Shown here in pieces: positions 1 to 9,041 of a DNA stretch of 64,000 nt; the first letter of the stretch is position 1; every line of letters begins with the position of its first letter. The DNA lies in the NCBI GenBank assembly GCA_045595395.1, contig JAZOAH010000002.1:2288-66287 (forward strand). The letters run 5' to 3'. Source of the stretch: Eubacteriales bacterium. GTDB taxonomy: Bacteria; Bacillota; Clostridia; Oscillospirales; UMGS1783. The position numbers and the translations under genes were made by a program. The notes under the pieces were generated by a model. It was not told where the DNA came from. It worked only from the letters and a program-made list of their open reading frames with translations, and did no database searches.

Positions 1-592
1 CAACAACAATGGGGTTGATCTCGGCAAGCATGCAATCGCCCTTCATGAAGAAATCATACAGTTTAACGAGAGCTTCTTCAAACTGCTTGGCCGTATCACC
101 CGAAAGACCGGCCTTGGTAGCCAGATCAGCCGTGATCTCGGCATTAATGCCGTCAACAGGATTAACGGGCACCTTGAAGATCATCTCAGGATTGGTGCGG
201 GAAGTCTCTTCAATGTCCATACCGCCACAGGGAGAAAAGATGATCAGCGGGCATTTGGTCAGACGATCCAGCATGATGGACAGATACATTTCGGTAGCCA
301 CTTCGGCCATTTCAACTGCCATCAGCTTTTTAACAATGTGCCCACGGATATCCATGCCCAAGATCTGGCCGGCTACCTGGCGTAGTTCATTGACATCCTT
401 GGCAACCTTGATACCGCCGGCTTTGCCACGGCCGCCGATCTGAACCTGAGCCTTGCAGACGAGAGGAAATTCAATACCGCTGCCGTCGAGGGCTGAAACC
501 AGTCCATCGACAGTATCAGAGGTAACACCTTTTTTTACAGGCAGGCCGGCTGCTTCGAACAGCTCTCTTGCCTTATATTCCATTAAATCCAT
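1..592 (-). CDS. sucC: ADP-forming succinate--CoA ligase beta-subunit-like protein (ATP-grasp); N-terminal ~197 aa only, 3' end runs off the window
   Basis: Minus-strand frame is open to the window edge and is absent from the ORF track because it has no stop in the window. ATG at 590-592. Translates MDLMEYKARELFEAAGLPVKKG...CKAQVQIGGRGKAGGIKVAKD...EMYLSIMLDR, a typical SucC N-terminus. Starts 7 nt after the upstream aldehyde dehydrogenase stop. Confidence 0.8.
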   Translation of the reverse strand, partial: MDLMEYKARELFEAAGLPVKKGVTSDTVDGLVSALDGSGIEFPLVCKAQVQIGGRGKAGGIKVAKDVNELRQVAGQILGMDIRGHIVKKLMAVEMAEVATEMYLSIMLDRLTKCPLIIFSPCGGMDIEETSRTNPEMIFKVPVNPVDGINAEITADLATKAGLSGDTAKQFEEALVKLYDFFMKGDCMLAEINPIVV

Positions 593-599
593 AATCTAA

Positions 600-1964
600 T
601 TAACCCCACACTTCTTCATCGGTAGGAACAGCCTTGTTGGGCAGGTTCTCAGCGATACGGATGTAGTTGATCAGATGCTTAAAACCAAAGTTTTCGGAGA
701 TGCTGTTGTTACCCCAAGAGCAGCAACCAAGAGTCGTGGTCGGAGTCAGGGAGTTGGTGAAAGCGCCGCCGTTCATGGTGGAGCAGATCTGATTCACGAG
801 CACACGAGCGACCTCGATGGTCTCGCCGGCATATTCCAGATGCTCTCTGTTGTTGGAATGGATGGAAACGCTGTGTCCCTTGCCTTCTACATCCAGATTG
901 GCACGAGCAATCCCAACAGCCTCTTCGAAGGTGTTATATTTGTATGTAGAGATTACGGGGCACATTTTCTCCTTGGAGAACAGGTCGTCCTTACCATAGC
1001 CGTCAGCCTCAACCAAGATAACAGGCGTGCCTTCGGGTACATTCAGGCCGGCAGCTGCTGCAATCTTCTGTACCGACTGGCCAACCAGATCTTTGTTCAT
1101 GATGCCGCCCGGGAACAGAGCCTCACGCAAGGCAGCCTTTTCGGCAGCATCGGTAATGAGAACGGCACCATTCTTCTTGAACTCAGCCATAATGGCATCG
1201 TACTGATCGGCGTGCGCGATCACAGTCTGCTCGCCGGAGCAGATAATGCCGTTGTCAAACTTACGACCGGCAATGATCTTGGGAACGCACTCGGTGATAT
1301 CAGCATCGGTGTCGATGATGCACTGCACATTACCAGGGCCAACGCCGTAGGCAGGCTTACCGGAACTATAAGCCGACTTAACCATGCCGGCACCGCCGGT
1401 AGCAACGACGACATCCACACCCTTCATCAGCTCAGACGAAGCCTCGATCGAGGGCTCTTCAATGGTCTGAATGATGTTGGCGGGAGCACCAAGCTTAGCC
1501 AGCGCTTCGTTCATGGCATCGATAACAACTTTGTTGCATTTCTTGGTGCGCGGATGGGGCGCAACAATAATGGTGTTACGGCCCTTGATGGCAAACATGG
1601 CGTTGCACATCGGGGTAACAATGGGGTTGGTGCAGGGAGTAATGGCGCCGACAACACCAACAGGACGAGCAACGACCGTAATACCCGTCTCGGGATTGCG
1701 CTCGACAACACCAACAGAAGGCACGCCCTTCAGGCTGTTCCAAATAATTTTGGATTTACCCTTGTTCTTGGCGATCTTGTCTTCATACACGCCCATACGG
1801 CTTTCTTCGGCAGCCATCTTAGCATAGGGCTCAGCATTGTCATAGACGACTTTGCCGATCGCTCTTACATAAGAATCGATCTGCTCTTGATTGCATTTTT
1901 CCAACTCTTTCTGGGCTTTTCTCGCATTAGCAATGAGAATAGCAATTTGTTCTTTCGCATCCAT
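600..1964 (-). CDS. CoA-acylating aldehyde dehydrogenase (SucD-type succinate-semialdehyde dehydrogenase / EutE-PduP family)
   Basis: ORF 600..1979. ALDH fold with catalytic Cys context KFDNGIICSGEQ. The ORF-track start is a TTG lying inside the GGAGG RBS. The real ATG (MDAKEQ) is at 1962-1964, 8 nt after GGAGG. Confidence 0.8.
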   Translation of the reverse strand: MDAKEQIAILIANARKAQKELEKCNQEQIDSYVRAIGKVVYDNAEPYAKMAAEESRMGVYEDKIAKNKGKSKIIWNSLKGVPSVGVVERNPETGITVVARPVGVVGAITPCTNPIVTPMCNAMFAIKGRNTIIVAPHPRTKKCNKVVIDAMNEALAKLGAPANIIQTIEEPSIEASSELMKGVDVVVATGGAGMVKSAYSSGKPAYGVGPGNVQCIIDTDADITECVPKIIAGRKFDNGIICSGEQTVIAHADQYDAIMAEFKKNGAVLITDAAEKAALREALFPGGIMNKDLVGQSVQKIAAAAGLNVPEGTPVILVEADGYGKDDLFSKEKMCPVISTYKYNTFEEAVGIARANLDVEGKGHSVSIHSNNREHLEYAGETIEVARVLVNQICSTMNGGAFTNSLTPTTTLGCCSWGNNSISENFGFKHLINYIRIAENLPNKAVPTDEEVWG

Positions 1965-2016
1965 TGTAAGAACCTCCAAAATATAATAAATTTAATAAAA
2001 AACAAACAAGTTTGGG

Positions 2017-3189
2017 TTACAGTCTGGCCACGCCGCTGTTGCGTGCTGCTTGCGCTACTGCCTGCGCAACCGTGTCAGCTACGCGAGAATCAAACGGTGC
2101 AGGAATAATATAGTCAGGGGACAATTCATCATCCGACACCAGACCGGCAATAGCATGCGCTGCGGCAATTTTCATCTCATCATTGATATCCTTAGCTCGA
2201 ACAGCAAAGGTGCCCTTGAATATACCAGGGAAAGCCAAGACGTTGTTGATCTGATTGGCGAAATCACTGCGTCCGGTTCCGATGACCTTAGCACCTGCCG
2301 ATTTCGCCAGATCTGGCATGATCTCCGGTGTAGGATTGGCGCAGGCAAAGATGATAGGATCACGATTCATGGAACGCACCATATCTTCGCTCACGATGCC
2401 GGGAGCCGAAACACCGAGAAACAGGTCAGCACCAGCCATAGCCTCTTTCAGACCACCTTTGATCATGCGGGGATTGGTCAACGGAGCAAAACGCTGCAAC
2501 TCGGAATTCAATCCCTCTTTTCCGTCATAGACGATACCCTTAGAGTTAAGAATGATTAGATCCTTAACGCCAAGCGAAAGTAGCAATCGGGAACAGGCAA
2601 TCCCGGCGGCACCGGCGCCGTTGACAACGACGCGAATTTCATCCGCCCTCTTCCCTACCAGTTTGAGTGCATTGATGGTGGCGGCCACAGTTACAACTGC
2701 TGTACCATGCTGATCATCATGAAAGATGGGAATATCGCAAATTTCTTTGAGTTTGCGTTCAATTTCAAAGCAGCGTGGGGCAGAAATATCTTCCAAATTG
2801 ATGCCGCCGAAACTGCCGGCCAGCAATGAAACCGTCTTAACGATATCCTCAACATCCTTGCTACGCACGCATAAAGGAATCGCATCAACACCACCAAAGG
2901 CTTTAAACAGAACACACTTTCCTTCCATAACCGGCATGCCGGCTTCCGGACCAATGTCGCCGAGACCCAATACGGCTGAGCCATCCGTCACAACGGCAAC
3001 AAGATTGCCGCGACCGGTATATTCATAGGATAAATCAACATCCTTCTGTATCTCAAGACATGGGGCAGCGACACCGGGGGTGTAGGCAACAGAGAGATCA
3101 TCGGCTGTAGCAACCGGTGCTTTGCTCTCAATAGAAAGTTTTCCTTTCCATTGCTTGTGTTTTATAAGTGCTTGTTCAGAATAATTCAT
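2017..3189 (-). CDS. NAD(P)-dependent malic enzyme (small, about 390 aa form)
   Basis: ORF 390 aa. Malic-enzyme motifs VVTDGSAVLGLGDIGP and Rossmann VVNGAGAAG. GAGGAG RBS upstream of the ATG. Confidence 0.85.
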   Translation of the reverse strand: MNYSEQALIKHKQWKGKLSIESKAPVATADDLSVAYTPGVAAPCLEIQKDVDLSYEYTGRGNLVAVVTDGSAVLGLGDIGPEAGMPVMEGKCVLFKAFGGVDAIPLCVRSKDVEDIVKTVSLLAGSFGGINLEDISAPRCFEIERKLKEICDIPIFHDDQHGTAVVTVAATINALKLVGKRADEIRVVVNGAGAAGIACSRLLLSLGVKDLIILNSKGIVYDGKEGLNSELQRFAPLTNPRMIKGGLKEAMAGADLFLGVSAPGIVSEDMVRSMNRDPIIFACANPTPEIMPDLAKSAGAKVIGTGRSDFANQINNVLAFPGIFKGTFAVRAKDINDEMKIAAAHAIAGLVSDDELSPDYIIPAPFDSRVADTVAQAVAQAARNSGVARL

Positions 3190-3209
3190 ATATGCACTCT
3201 CCTCAAAAT

Positions 3210-3914
3210 TCAGTCAATAGACAGACTGTTTTTGTTTTTAATGCGGGCATAACTGACTTCAAGATGTTTTTTCATGAGGTCGCATGCCAATTCAGCATCC
3301 TTATTCTCAACAGCCATTAAGATCTGTCTATGACCGTCTAGGGTAACCGATTGATCAGGTACAGCTTGAAGCGAAGCCTTCATGGTATAATGCAACAAAT
3401 CAGCAATAAGCGACAAAATCTTTGTCATGGCGCTGTTATGGGCAGCGCTTGCCAAGGCAAAATGGAATGCGGTATCACCATTGATTCCCGAAAGACCTTC
3501 GGAAATTTCCTTTTCCATCTGGGCTACCGATTTCTTGATAAAAGCAATATCTTTATCCGTAGCTCGCTGTGCAGCAAGTTTAACCATTTCTGTCTCAAGT
3601 ATCTTTCTGGTTTCGATAATCTCATCAATCAGACACTCATCAGACGAAAAATAGTTGGCAATAGGGTCCAATACATGCTCAAGAGTATATTCTTTTACAA
3701 AGGTACCGCCACCCACCTGCGATTCTACAAGTCCCATGATCTCAAGAGATCTAAGCGCTTCTCTGACAACAGTTCTGCTGACTCCAAGCTGACTTGCAAT
3801 CTCACGTTCCGGCGGAAGTTTGGAACCGGGTTGATAGTCGCCGCGAAGGATGGAACGCGAAATTTGATCAATGACTTCGCTAGACAGCCGGTTCTTTTTT
3901 ACAGGTTGTAACAT
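3210..3914 (-). CDS. GntR-family transcriptional regulator, FadR subfamily (wHTH + FCD domain)
   Basis: N-terminal wHTH EREIASQLGVSRTVVREALRSLE followed by an all-helical FCD-like C-terminal domain. GGGAGG RBS. First gene of a co-directional run with mae, ALDH and sucC. Confidence 0.85.
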   Translation of the reverse strand: MLQPVKKNRLSSEVIDQISRSILRGDYQPGSKLPPEREIASQLGVSRTVVREALRSLEIMGLVESQVGGGTFVKEYTLEHVLDPIANYFSSDECLIDEIIETRKILETEMVKLAAQRATDKDIAFIKKSVAQMEKEISEGLSGINGDTAFHFALASAAHNSAMTKILSLIADLLHYTMKASLQAVPDQSVTLDGHRQILMAVENKDAELACDLMKKHLEVSYARIKNKNSLSID

Positions 3915-4092
3915 GGCCCCTCCCTATTTCATATTTACTCATTAAAATTATATCAGTACAAGTTTTAGATTGCAATATCTTTCCTTTGGGTTTTTCATAA
4001 ACTTGTCGCAGGTCCAAACTTTTGAAAAATTGTTGCGATTTCTTGTAATTTACTGTAAAATACAGTCAAACTAATTATTCGAGAGGTTTATT

Positions 4093-5157
4093 ATGGATCA
4101 AGCATATAAAGATAAGGTCATAATGATGATCTCACAATCAAGTAGTCCGGTCATTTTATTGGATGAAGAACTAAAGGTGCTGGCTTGCAGTTTGGCGTTC
4201 TACCGCTGTGTGATTGGTTTCCGTGATGATATTCGGTCACTCTTCAATGCTAACGCAATCCAGCGGATTAAGCGCGCTCGAAAAGCCGGATCGCCGATGA
4301 AGATTAAGACCGAAACATCTCCTTTTATACTGTCAATGAGCATAAATTGGCTCCCGTCGGATACCGAAATACCCTACTTGTTTGGTATTGTCGAACGTAA
4401 TCCGCTGCACGACGCAAACAGAAGCTTAGTGCTCACCTATTCTTGTGTAGAGCGTTCAAAGCGTTCACTGGAATTTATCAACGGTCAACTGATGGCGCTC
4501 AAACAGAATCAACCGGTCTCTCAGGAACTACTTGACAACATGATATACCATGCAAACATTTTAAACCGTAATCATAAGAATCTTCTTAATTGCGTGGATT
4601 TATTGACTGATGATCTGGTTATGAAGAAAAAAGTTACTGACATAATACGAATTGTCCGGTTAAGTGTTGCTCACGCACAAGATAAAATTGCCGGTCGTAA
4701 CATTAAAATTGTAACAAGTTTTTCACAGGATGCTTGCCCGATCGAATGTGATCTTAAGCATTTTACCAGTGCTATTTGCGAATGCCTTTATTGTATCCTG
4801 TATTTTACACAGGACAATCATCACATTCGAATCAAGGCTGACATTGAAAACGGACAATGTCATATCATTTTTGCAGATCCACTTTTCAAGATCCCGGATG
4901 TATATCTTGATCGAATATTTTTAGATGATGTTATGTTGCCGGATTCCAGCGATCATGCAGGGCTATATTTTGCCAATGCCATCATTCGAAAACATGGGGG
5001 TACAATGGAAATTGATAATTCCTTACCGATTGGCTATCAGATACAAGTTACTATGCCGATTCATCAATCGCAGAGATTAACCTTTGAGGATTATGATGAC
5101 AGCTGCATAACAACAGAGATTTTGCATTATGCAGAAATGGAACTATTCGACCTATAA
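4093..5157 (+). CDS. Cytoplasmic PAS-like / histidine-kinase-like protein with degenerate H-box and G1 box
   Basis: ORF 354 aa with no TM segment. C-terminus resembles a GHKL ATPase (HAGLYFANAIIRKHGGTMEIDN...QVTMPI). No H-E-x-x-x-P phosphoacceptor motif where DHp helix 1 aligns (EFINGQLMALKQ). GAGAGG RBS. Visibly AT-richer than its neighbours. Confidence 0.55.
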   Translation: MDQAYKDKVIMMISQSSSPVILLDEELKVLACSLAFYRCVIGFRDDIRSLFNANAIQRIKRARKAGSPMKIKTETSPFILSMSINWLPSDTEIPYLFGIVERNPLHDANRSLVLTYSCVERSKRSLEFINGQLMALKQNQPVSQELLDNMIYHANILNRNHKNLLNCVDLLTDDLVMKKKVTDIIRIVRLSVAHAQDKIAGRNIKIVTSFSQDACPIECDLKHFTSAICECLYCILYFTQDNHHIRIKADIENGQCHIIFADPLFKIPDVYLDRIFLDDVMLPDSSDHAGLYFANAIIRKHGGTMEIDNSLPIGYQIQVTMPIHQSQRLTFEDYDDSCITTEILHYAEMELFDL

Positions 5158-5190
5158 AAAGAACCTCCGGTCACACCGGAGGTTCTTTTT
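5156..5190. terminator. Bidirectional intrinsic terminator between the HK-like gene and rnfB
   Basis: Perfect palindrome AAAAAGAACCTCCGG-TCACA-CCGGAGGTTCTTTTT. It has A/T runs on both sides and overlaps both convergent stop codons. Confidence 0.75.
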
Positions 5191-6022
5191 ATTTGCGAGT
5201 GTCACCTTCTTTGATTTGGAACTCACCAAACCAAATCGTGCTTCTCGGACATTTTTCAAAACAGGTACCGCATTGGATGCAGCGATCATAGTCAATCTCA
5301 GCCAGACCATTCACGACCTTAATGGCATCGGTCGGACAGTTGCGCTGGCAAATACCGCAGCCAATACAGCCGATCTGACAATAGGACCGCACCATTTTGC
5401 CATTATCACGAGAGGAGCACCCTACCCAATATTGACTTGAGAAAGGCACTAAATGAATGATGTGCTTGGGACAGGCGTTAACACAAAGACCACATCCGAC
5501 ACATTTTTCATATTCAACAACGGCCACACCATTTTCAACTTTAATGGCTCCAAATGGGCAAATTTTTACGCAGGTTCCATAGCCCAAGCAGCCGTAGGGA
5601 CATTCCTTATCGCCACCGCCGATGCGGGATACCGATACGCAGTCCATCAGTCCGTCATACTGAAATTTGTGCCGTGCCAGATCGTTTGTACCGGAGCACA
5701 TGACCTGTGCACGCATTTTAATCGCACCTTCCGGCGCTTTTTGCCCCATGATTTCGCCGATGCTTTCGGTTGCTTCATTGGAAGCTGCCAAGCATTTATT
5801 TGTCGGAGCGTTTTCATTTACAATGGCTTCCGCATAGGCGGCACATCCGGCATAGCCGCATGCACCGCAGTTGGCGCCGGGTAATGCTGCTTTGATCTGC
5901 TCAATGCGTTTGTCCACTTTTACCTTAAAGGCCTTGCTGGCTACGCCAAGCAGTGCGCCGAACACAAGGCCGAAAAGACCAAGCGGGATCAATGCGCGAA
6001 GCACTTGTTCAAAAACTGACAT
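5189..6022 (-). CDS. rnfB: Rnf electron-transport complex subunit B (poly-ferredoxin)
   Basis: N-terminal TM helix, then CGACGYAGC cluster and several CxxCxxCxxxCP ferredoxin motifs. Last gene of rnfCDGEAB. Confidence 0.9.
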   Translation of the reverse strand: MSVFEQVLRALIPLGLFGLVFGALLGVASKAFKVKVDKRIEQIKAALPGANCGACGYAGCAAYAEAIVNENAPTNKCLAASNEATESIGEIMGQKAPEGAIKMRAQVMCSGTNDLARHKFQYDGLMDCVSVSRIGGGDKECPYGCLGYGTCVKICPFGAIKVENGVAVVEYEKCVGCGLCVNACPKHIIHLVPFSSQYWVGCSSRDNGKMVRSYCQIGCIGCGICQRNCPTDAIKVVNGLAEIDYDRCIQCGTCFEKCPRSTIWFGEFQIKEGDTRK

Positions 6023-6035
6023 AGTCTTTCCTCCC

Positions 6036-6623
6036 TTATCCGAATATCTTCATGCCGGAAAAACCGGAGAAAGCAATGGCCAACAAGGCTGCGGTGATCA
6101 GAGCGATCGGGAAACCGCGGAACGGCTTGGGAATATCATTAAGCTCGATTCGCTCTCGCACACAAGCAAAGAGGAAAATGGCAAGCAAAAATGATACGCC
6201 CGATACAAAACCGTAAAAAGTTGCCAGACCAAAGTCGTATTGCCGTTGTATACCAAGGAGTGCTGCACCAAGCACAGCACAGTTGGTGGTAATCAAGGGC
6301 AAATAAATTCCCAAAGCTCGATATAATGAAGGAATTGTTTTCTTTAGGAATAATTCAATAAACTGAACAAGAGAGGCAATGATCAGTATGAAAGATATTG
6401 TTTGTAGATATTCCAATTTATACGGTACAAGAACGAAGGTATTCACTAACCATGTAGCCATGGAGGCCAGCGTCATGGTGAAGATGACTGCCATACCCAT
6501 GCCGATTGCCGTACTGCGCTTTTTGGATACGCCTAAAAAGGGGCATACACCAAGAAACTGTACAAGAACATAGTTTTCAATGAGAATGGTTGTGATAGCG
6601 ACGGAAAAATAGGTCTGCAGCAT
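6036..6623 (-). CDS. rnfA: Rnf complex subunit A
   Basis: Polytopic membrane protein of the RnfA/NqrE type (NYVLVQFLGVCPFLGVS). The ORF-track start at 6644 is a GTG. ATG at 6621-6623 lies 9 nt after GGGAGG and overlaps the rnfE stop (TGATG), giving about 195 aa. Confidence 0.9.
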   Translation of the reverse strand: MLQTYFSVAITTILIENYVLVQFLGVCPFLGVSKKRSTAIGMGMAVIFTMTLASMATWLVNTFVLVPYKLEYLQTISFILIIASLVQFIELFLKKTIPSLYRALGIYLPLITTNCAVLGAALLGIQRQYDFGLATFYGFVSGVSFLLAIFLFACVRERIELNDIPKPFRGFPIALITAALLAIAFSGFSGMKIFG

Positions 6624-7249
6624 CAGTTGTCGCCTCCCTTCCACTTTTCAGACAGTTTGTTAAAGGCTGCAATCAAGAAGCCGAGCACCAAAAAACCGCC
6701 CGCAGGCAGGACCATAATAACCGCCGGTTCATAACCGATATACTGCGCAAAATCCCAACCCAATATCTTGCCTGATCCAAGGATTTCACGCACGGCAGAA
6801 ACAATGATGACAACCAGAGTATAGCCAATACCCATAGATAGTCCGTCCAGCATAGACATAAACGGATTATTCTTCGATGCAAAGCTCTCGGCACGAGCCA
6901 AAATAATACAGTTAACAACGATTAACGGAATAAATAATCCCAATGCTTCCGATATGTCGGGAAGATAGGCTTCAAGTAGCATTTCGATCGCCGTAACAAA
7001 GCCGGAAATAATAACAATAAAGGCAGCAATACGGATCTGATTGGGAATCACAGAGCGCAACAGCGAAATGACCAGATTTGAGCCGATCAAAACTGCCGTT
7101 ACGGCAAGTCCCATAAAAAATCCGTTTTCAACACTGACAGTAATAGCCAGCGCCGAACACATGCCAAGCAATTGCACAAAGACCGGGTTTTGGTTGAGGA
7201 TGCCATCCATGAACACCTTGCCGATTTTATTCTTTTGCTTCTCGTCCAT
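6623..7249 (-). CDS. rnfE: Rnf complex subunit E
   Basis: RnfE/NqrD-type membrane protein (NPVFVQLLGMCSALA). 208 aa. Confidence 0.9.
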   Translation of the reverse strand: MDEKQKNKIGKVFMDGILNQNPVFVQLLGMCSALAITVSVENGFFMGLAVTAVLIGSNLVISLLRSVIPNQIRIAAFIVIISGFVTAIEMLLEAYLPDISEALGLFIPLIVVNCIILARAESFASKNNPFMSMLDGLSMGIGYTLVVIIVSAVREILGSGKILGWDFAQYIGYEPAVIMVLPAGGFLVLGFLIAAFNKLSEKWKGGDN

Positions 7250-7252
7250 GAA

Positions 7253-8059
7253 TTACCCCTCCCCTCCGGGTTGCGCCATATTCAGGCGAACCTCGTCTAC
7301 TGCGTTGAGTGCCGCATTCACGCCGTTCTTAATGCCCTCTGAGGTGAAGGTTGCACCACTGACCGCAGTGATCTGATTTGAAAATTCAATCGGCCGAGAC
7401 AGCCCGTTGAATTGGTTGAAAAATTCTTCATTTTCAGAAATTACCGTTTCACCGATACCCGGGGTTTCGGAATGATTAACAACTCGGATCGAGGTAACCT
7501 TATTGAGCAAGTCGCTGCCTACCATCAGTTCGATCGGAGTGCTGGAATATCCGGTACTGTTTACAATGGTGCAATAACCAATAATCTCGTTATTCTCATA
7601 TACCACATACACGGAATTGACATTGGCATCACTATAAGAAAAGTGAGCATCCTCAAACATATCAGCCTCTGGAAAAATTGTTTCCAATGCCGCTTGTCTT
7701 TTTTCTGTTTCATGTAGCTCAATTATGGGAGATGTTTGGGCGTTAATAAAGCCAAGCAACCCGGCAACAATGGCCGTGATCGCCATTAAAACAACGCCAA
7801 ACAGTAGGATGTCTGTCATGCTATTGTCATTGCTGGTATCATCATTCGAACGCAAACGAATGGACGGCAGTACGCGGCGCTTACGAGGATCCTGTGCCAG
7901 GGTTTCCACCTGCGCAATGGGTGTATGATTGTCATCGGGGGCTTCATTGGATGTTGCCGATTCCAGAGCTTCATCCGCAATCATTTTAATTTCTTCAGTC
8001 TGTGGTTGCGGCCGGCTCTGCTTGAATATCTTTCTTCTCGTCTTCTTTTCTTCTGACAT
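7253..8059 (-). CDS. rnfG: Rnf complex subunit G (FMN-binding) with a long charged N-terminal extension
   Basis: C-terminal FMN_bind region with the SGATFTS flavinylation motif. One TM helix (ILLFGVVLMAITAIVAGLL). Best start is the ATG at 8057-8059, 8 nt after GGGGGG. Alternative ATGs at 7984 and 7819 lack an RBS. Confidence 0.8.
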   Translation of the reverse strand: MSEEKKTRRKIFKQSRPQPQTEEIKMIADEALESATSNEAPDDNHTPIAQVETLAQDPRKRRVLPSIRLRSNDDTSNDNSMTDILLFGVVLMAITAIVAGLLGFINAQTSPIIELHETEKRQAALETIFPEADMFEDAHFSYSDANVNSVYVVYENNEIIGYCTIVNSTGYSSTPIELMVGSDLLNKVTSIRVVNHSETPGIGETVISENEEFFNQFNGLSRPIEFSNQITAVSGATFTSEGIKNGVNAALNAVDEVRLNMAQPGGEG

Positions 8060-9041
8060 AGAAAGCACCCCCCTTTCCGAATCTTCTGGGTTTTGTTACT
8101 CCGTCAATGGCCCACGATAGGGTATTCATCAGCAAAATAGCAAAGGATACGCCCTCCGGATAATTGGAGAAGCGACGGAACATAAAGGTTAACAATCCGC
8201 ATCCAATAGCATATACGATCCGCCCTTTGGGGGTTGTCGGTGATGAGGCATAATCGGTTGCCATAAAAATAGCACCTAACAGTAAACCGCCGCTGAGGAT
8301 CTGAGCTGCCGCATATTGTGCAGGCGTTCCGGCTGTCGGGAATAAATAAGCAAGGATACCAACTGTTCCAATATAAAAGACGGGAATATGCCAGGTGATC
8401 ACCTTGCGCACCAGTAGATAAATGCCGCCAATCAGCAATAGAATGGCGGAGGTTTCACCAATACATCCGGCAATATTACCCCAAAACAGATCATTCAAAT
8501 TGGTAAAGCTGTATTCGAGATTACGCAGGGACTGTAACGGTGTTGCACTGGTAACGATCTGATCCACATTGACATTGAGAAGCACCGGCACACCGTCATA
8601 CTCAAACGGCTTAAGCCATGTGGTCATGTGTACAGGCCAAGCGACAAATAAGAAGGCACGGGCAGCCAGAGCAGGATTCATAAAGTTGCTTCCTAAGCCA
8701 CCGAACACTCCCTTTACCACGATCATGGCAAAGAATGCACCGACAATGGGAATCCAAAGCGGCACAGTAACCGGCAGAGTCAGCGCCAACAATAAACCCG
8801 ATACTGCAGCAGAGAGATCGTTGATCGTCTGTCTTTTCTTGCAGCAAATATTAAATAACGCTTCAGCCAGAACGGAAGACCCAACGCAAAGCAAAGAAAT
8901 GATAATGGCTCGCCATCCGAAAAGGAATCCCGAGAAAATTAACGCCGGAGTTAGTGCGATCAAAACAGAAAGCATGATCGACTGCGTTGTATCATTTGAT
9001 CGAACATGCGGTGATGATGTGATAAGAAATTTTCCGTCCAT
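7995..9041 (-). CDS. rnfD: Rnf complex subunit D
   Basis: Polytopic RnfD/NqrB-type protein of 348 aa, containing ATDYASSPTTPKGR (FMN attachment region). Confidence 0.9.
   Translation of the reverse strand: MDGKFLITSSPHVRSNDTTQSIMLSVLIALTPALIFSGFLFGWRAIIISLLCVGSSVLAEALFNICCKKRQTINDLSAAVSGLLLALTLPVTVPLWIPIVGAFFAMIVVKGVFGGLGSNFMNPALAARAFLFVAWPVHMTTWLKPFEYDGVPVLLNVNVDQIVTSATPLQSLRNLEYSFTNLNDLFWGNIAGCIGETSAILLLIGGIYLLVRKVITWHIPVFYIGTVGILAYLFPTAGTPAQYAAAQILSGGLLLGAIFMATDYASSPTTPKGRIVYAIGCGLLTFMFRRFSNYPEGVSFAILLMNTLSWAIDGVTKPRRFGKGGAFYVRRKEDEKKDIQAEPAATTD

Noticed and set aside
9-443. Plus-strand ORF of 144 aa at the left edge
   Set aside because: It lies entirely antisense to a frame that translates as a clear SucC N-terminus. 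Its own translation is low-complexity (S/A/P/R-rich), and it has no RBS.
675-2108. Very long antisense ORFs: 675..2108 (477 aa), 47724..49100 (458 aa), 58785..59606, 16606..17409, 60198..60995, 21652..22413, 30461..31189, 41228..41878
   Set aside because: Each sits opposite a well-supported conserved gene (ALDH, purL, purC, leuS, guaB, ftsY, topA, permease). Their translations are R/G/N/I-rich with no recognisable motifs, and they lack Shine-Dalgarno sequences. Long stop-free antisense frames are expected from the codon usage of the sense genes.
3915-4092. Divergent intergenic region searched for a GntR/FadR operator; inverted repeat ACAAGTTT...AAACTTGT noticed
   Set aside because: The half-sites are about 30 nt apart and do not fit the compact t.GT-n-AC.a palindrome expected for FadR-type regulators. 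There is not enough evidence to annotate an operator.
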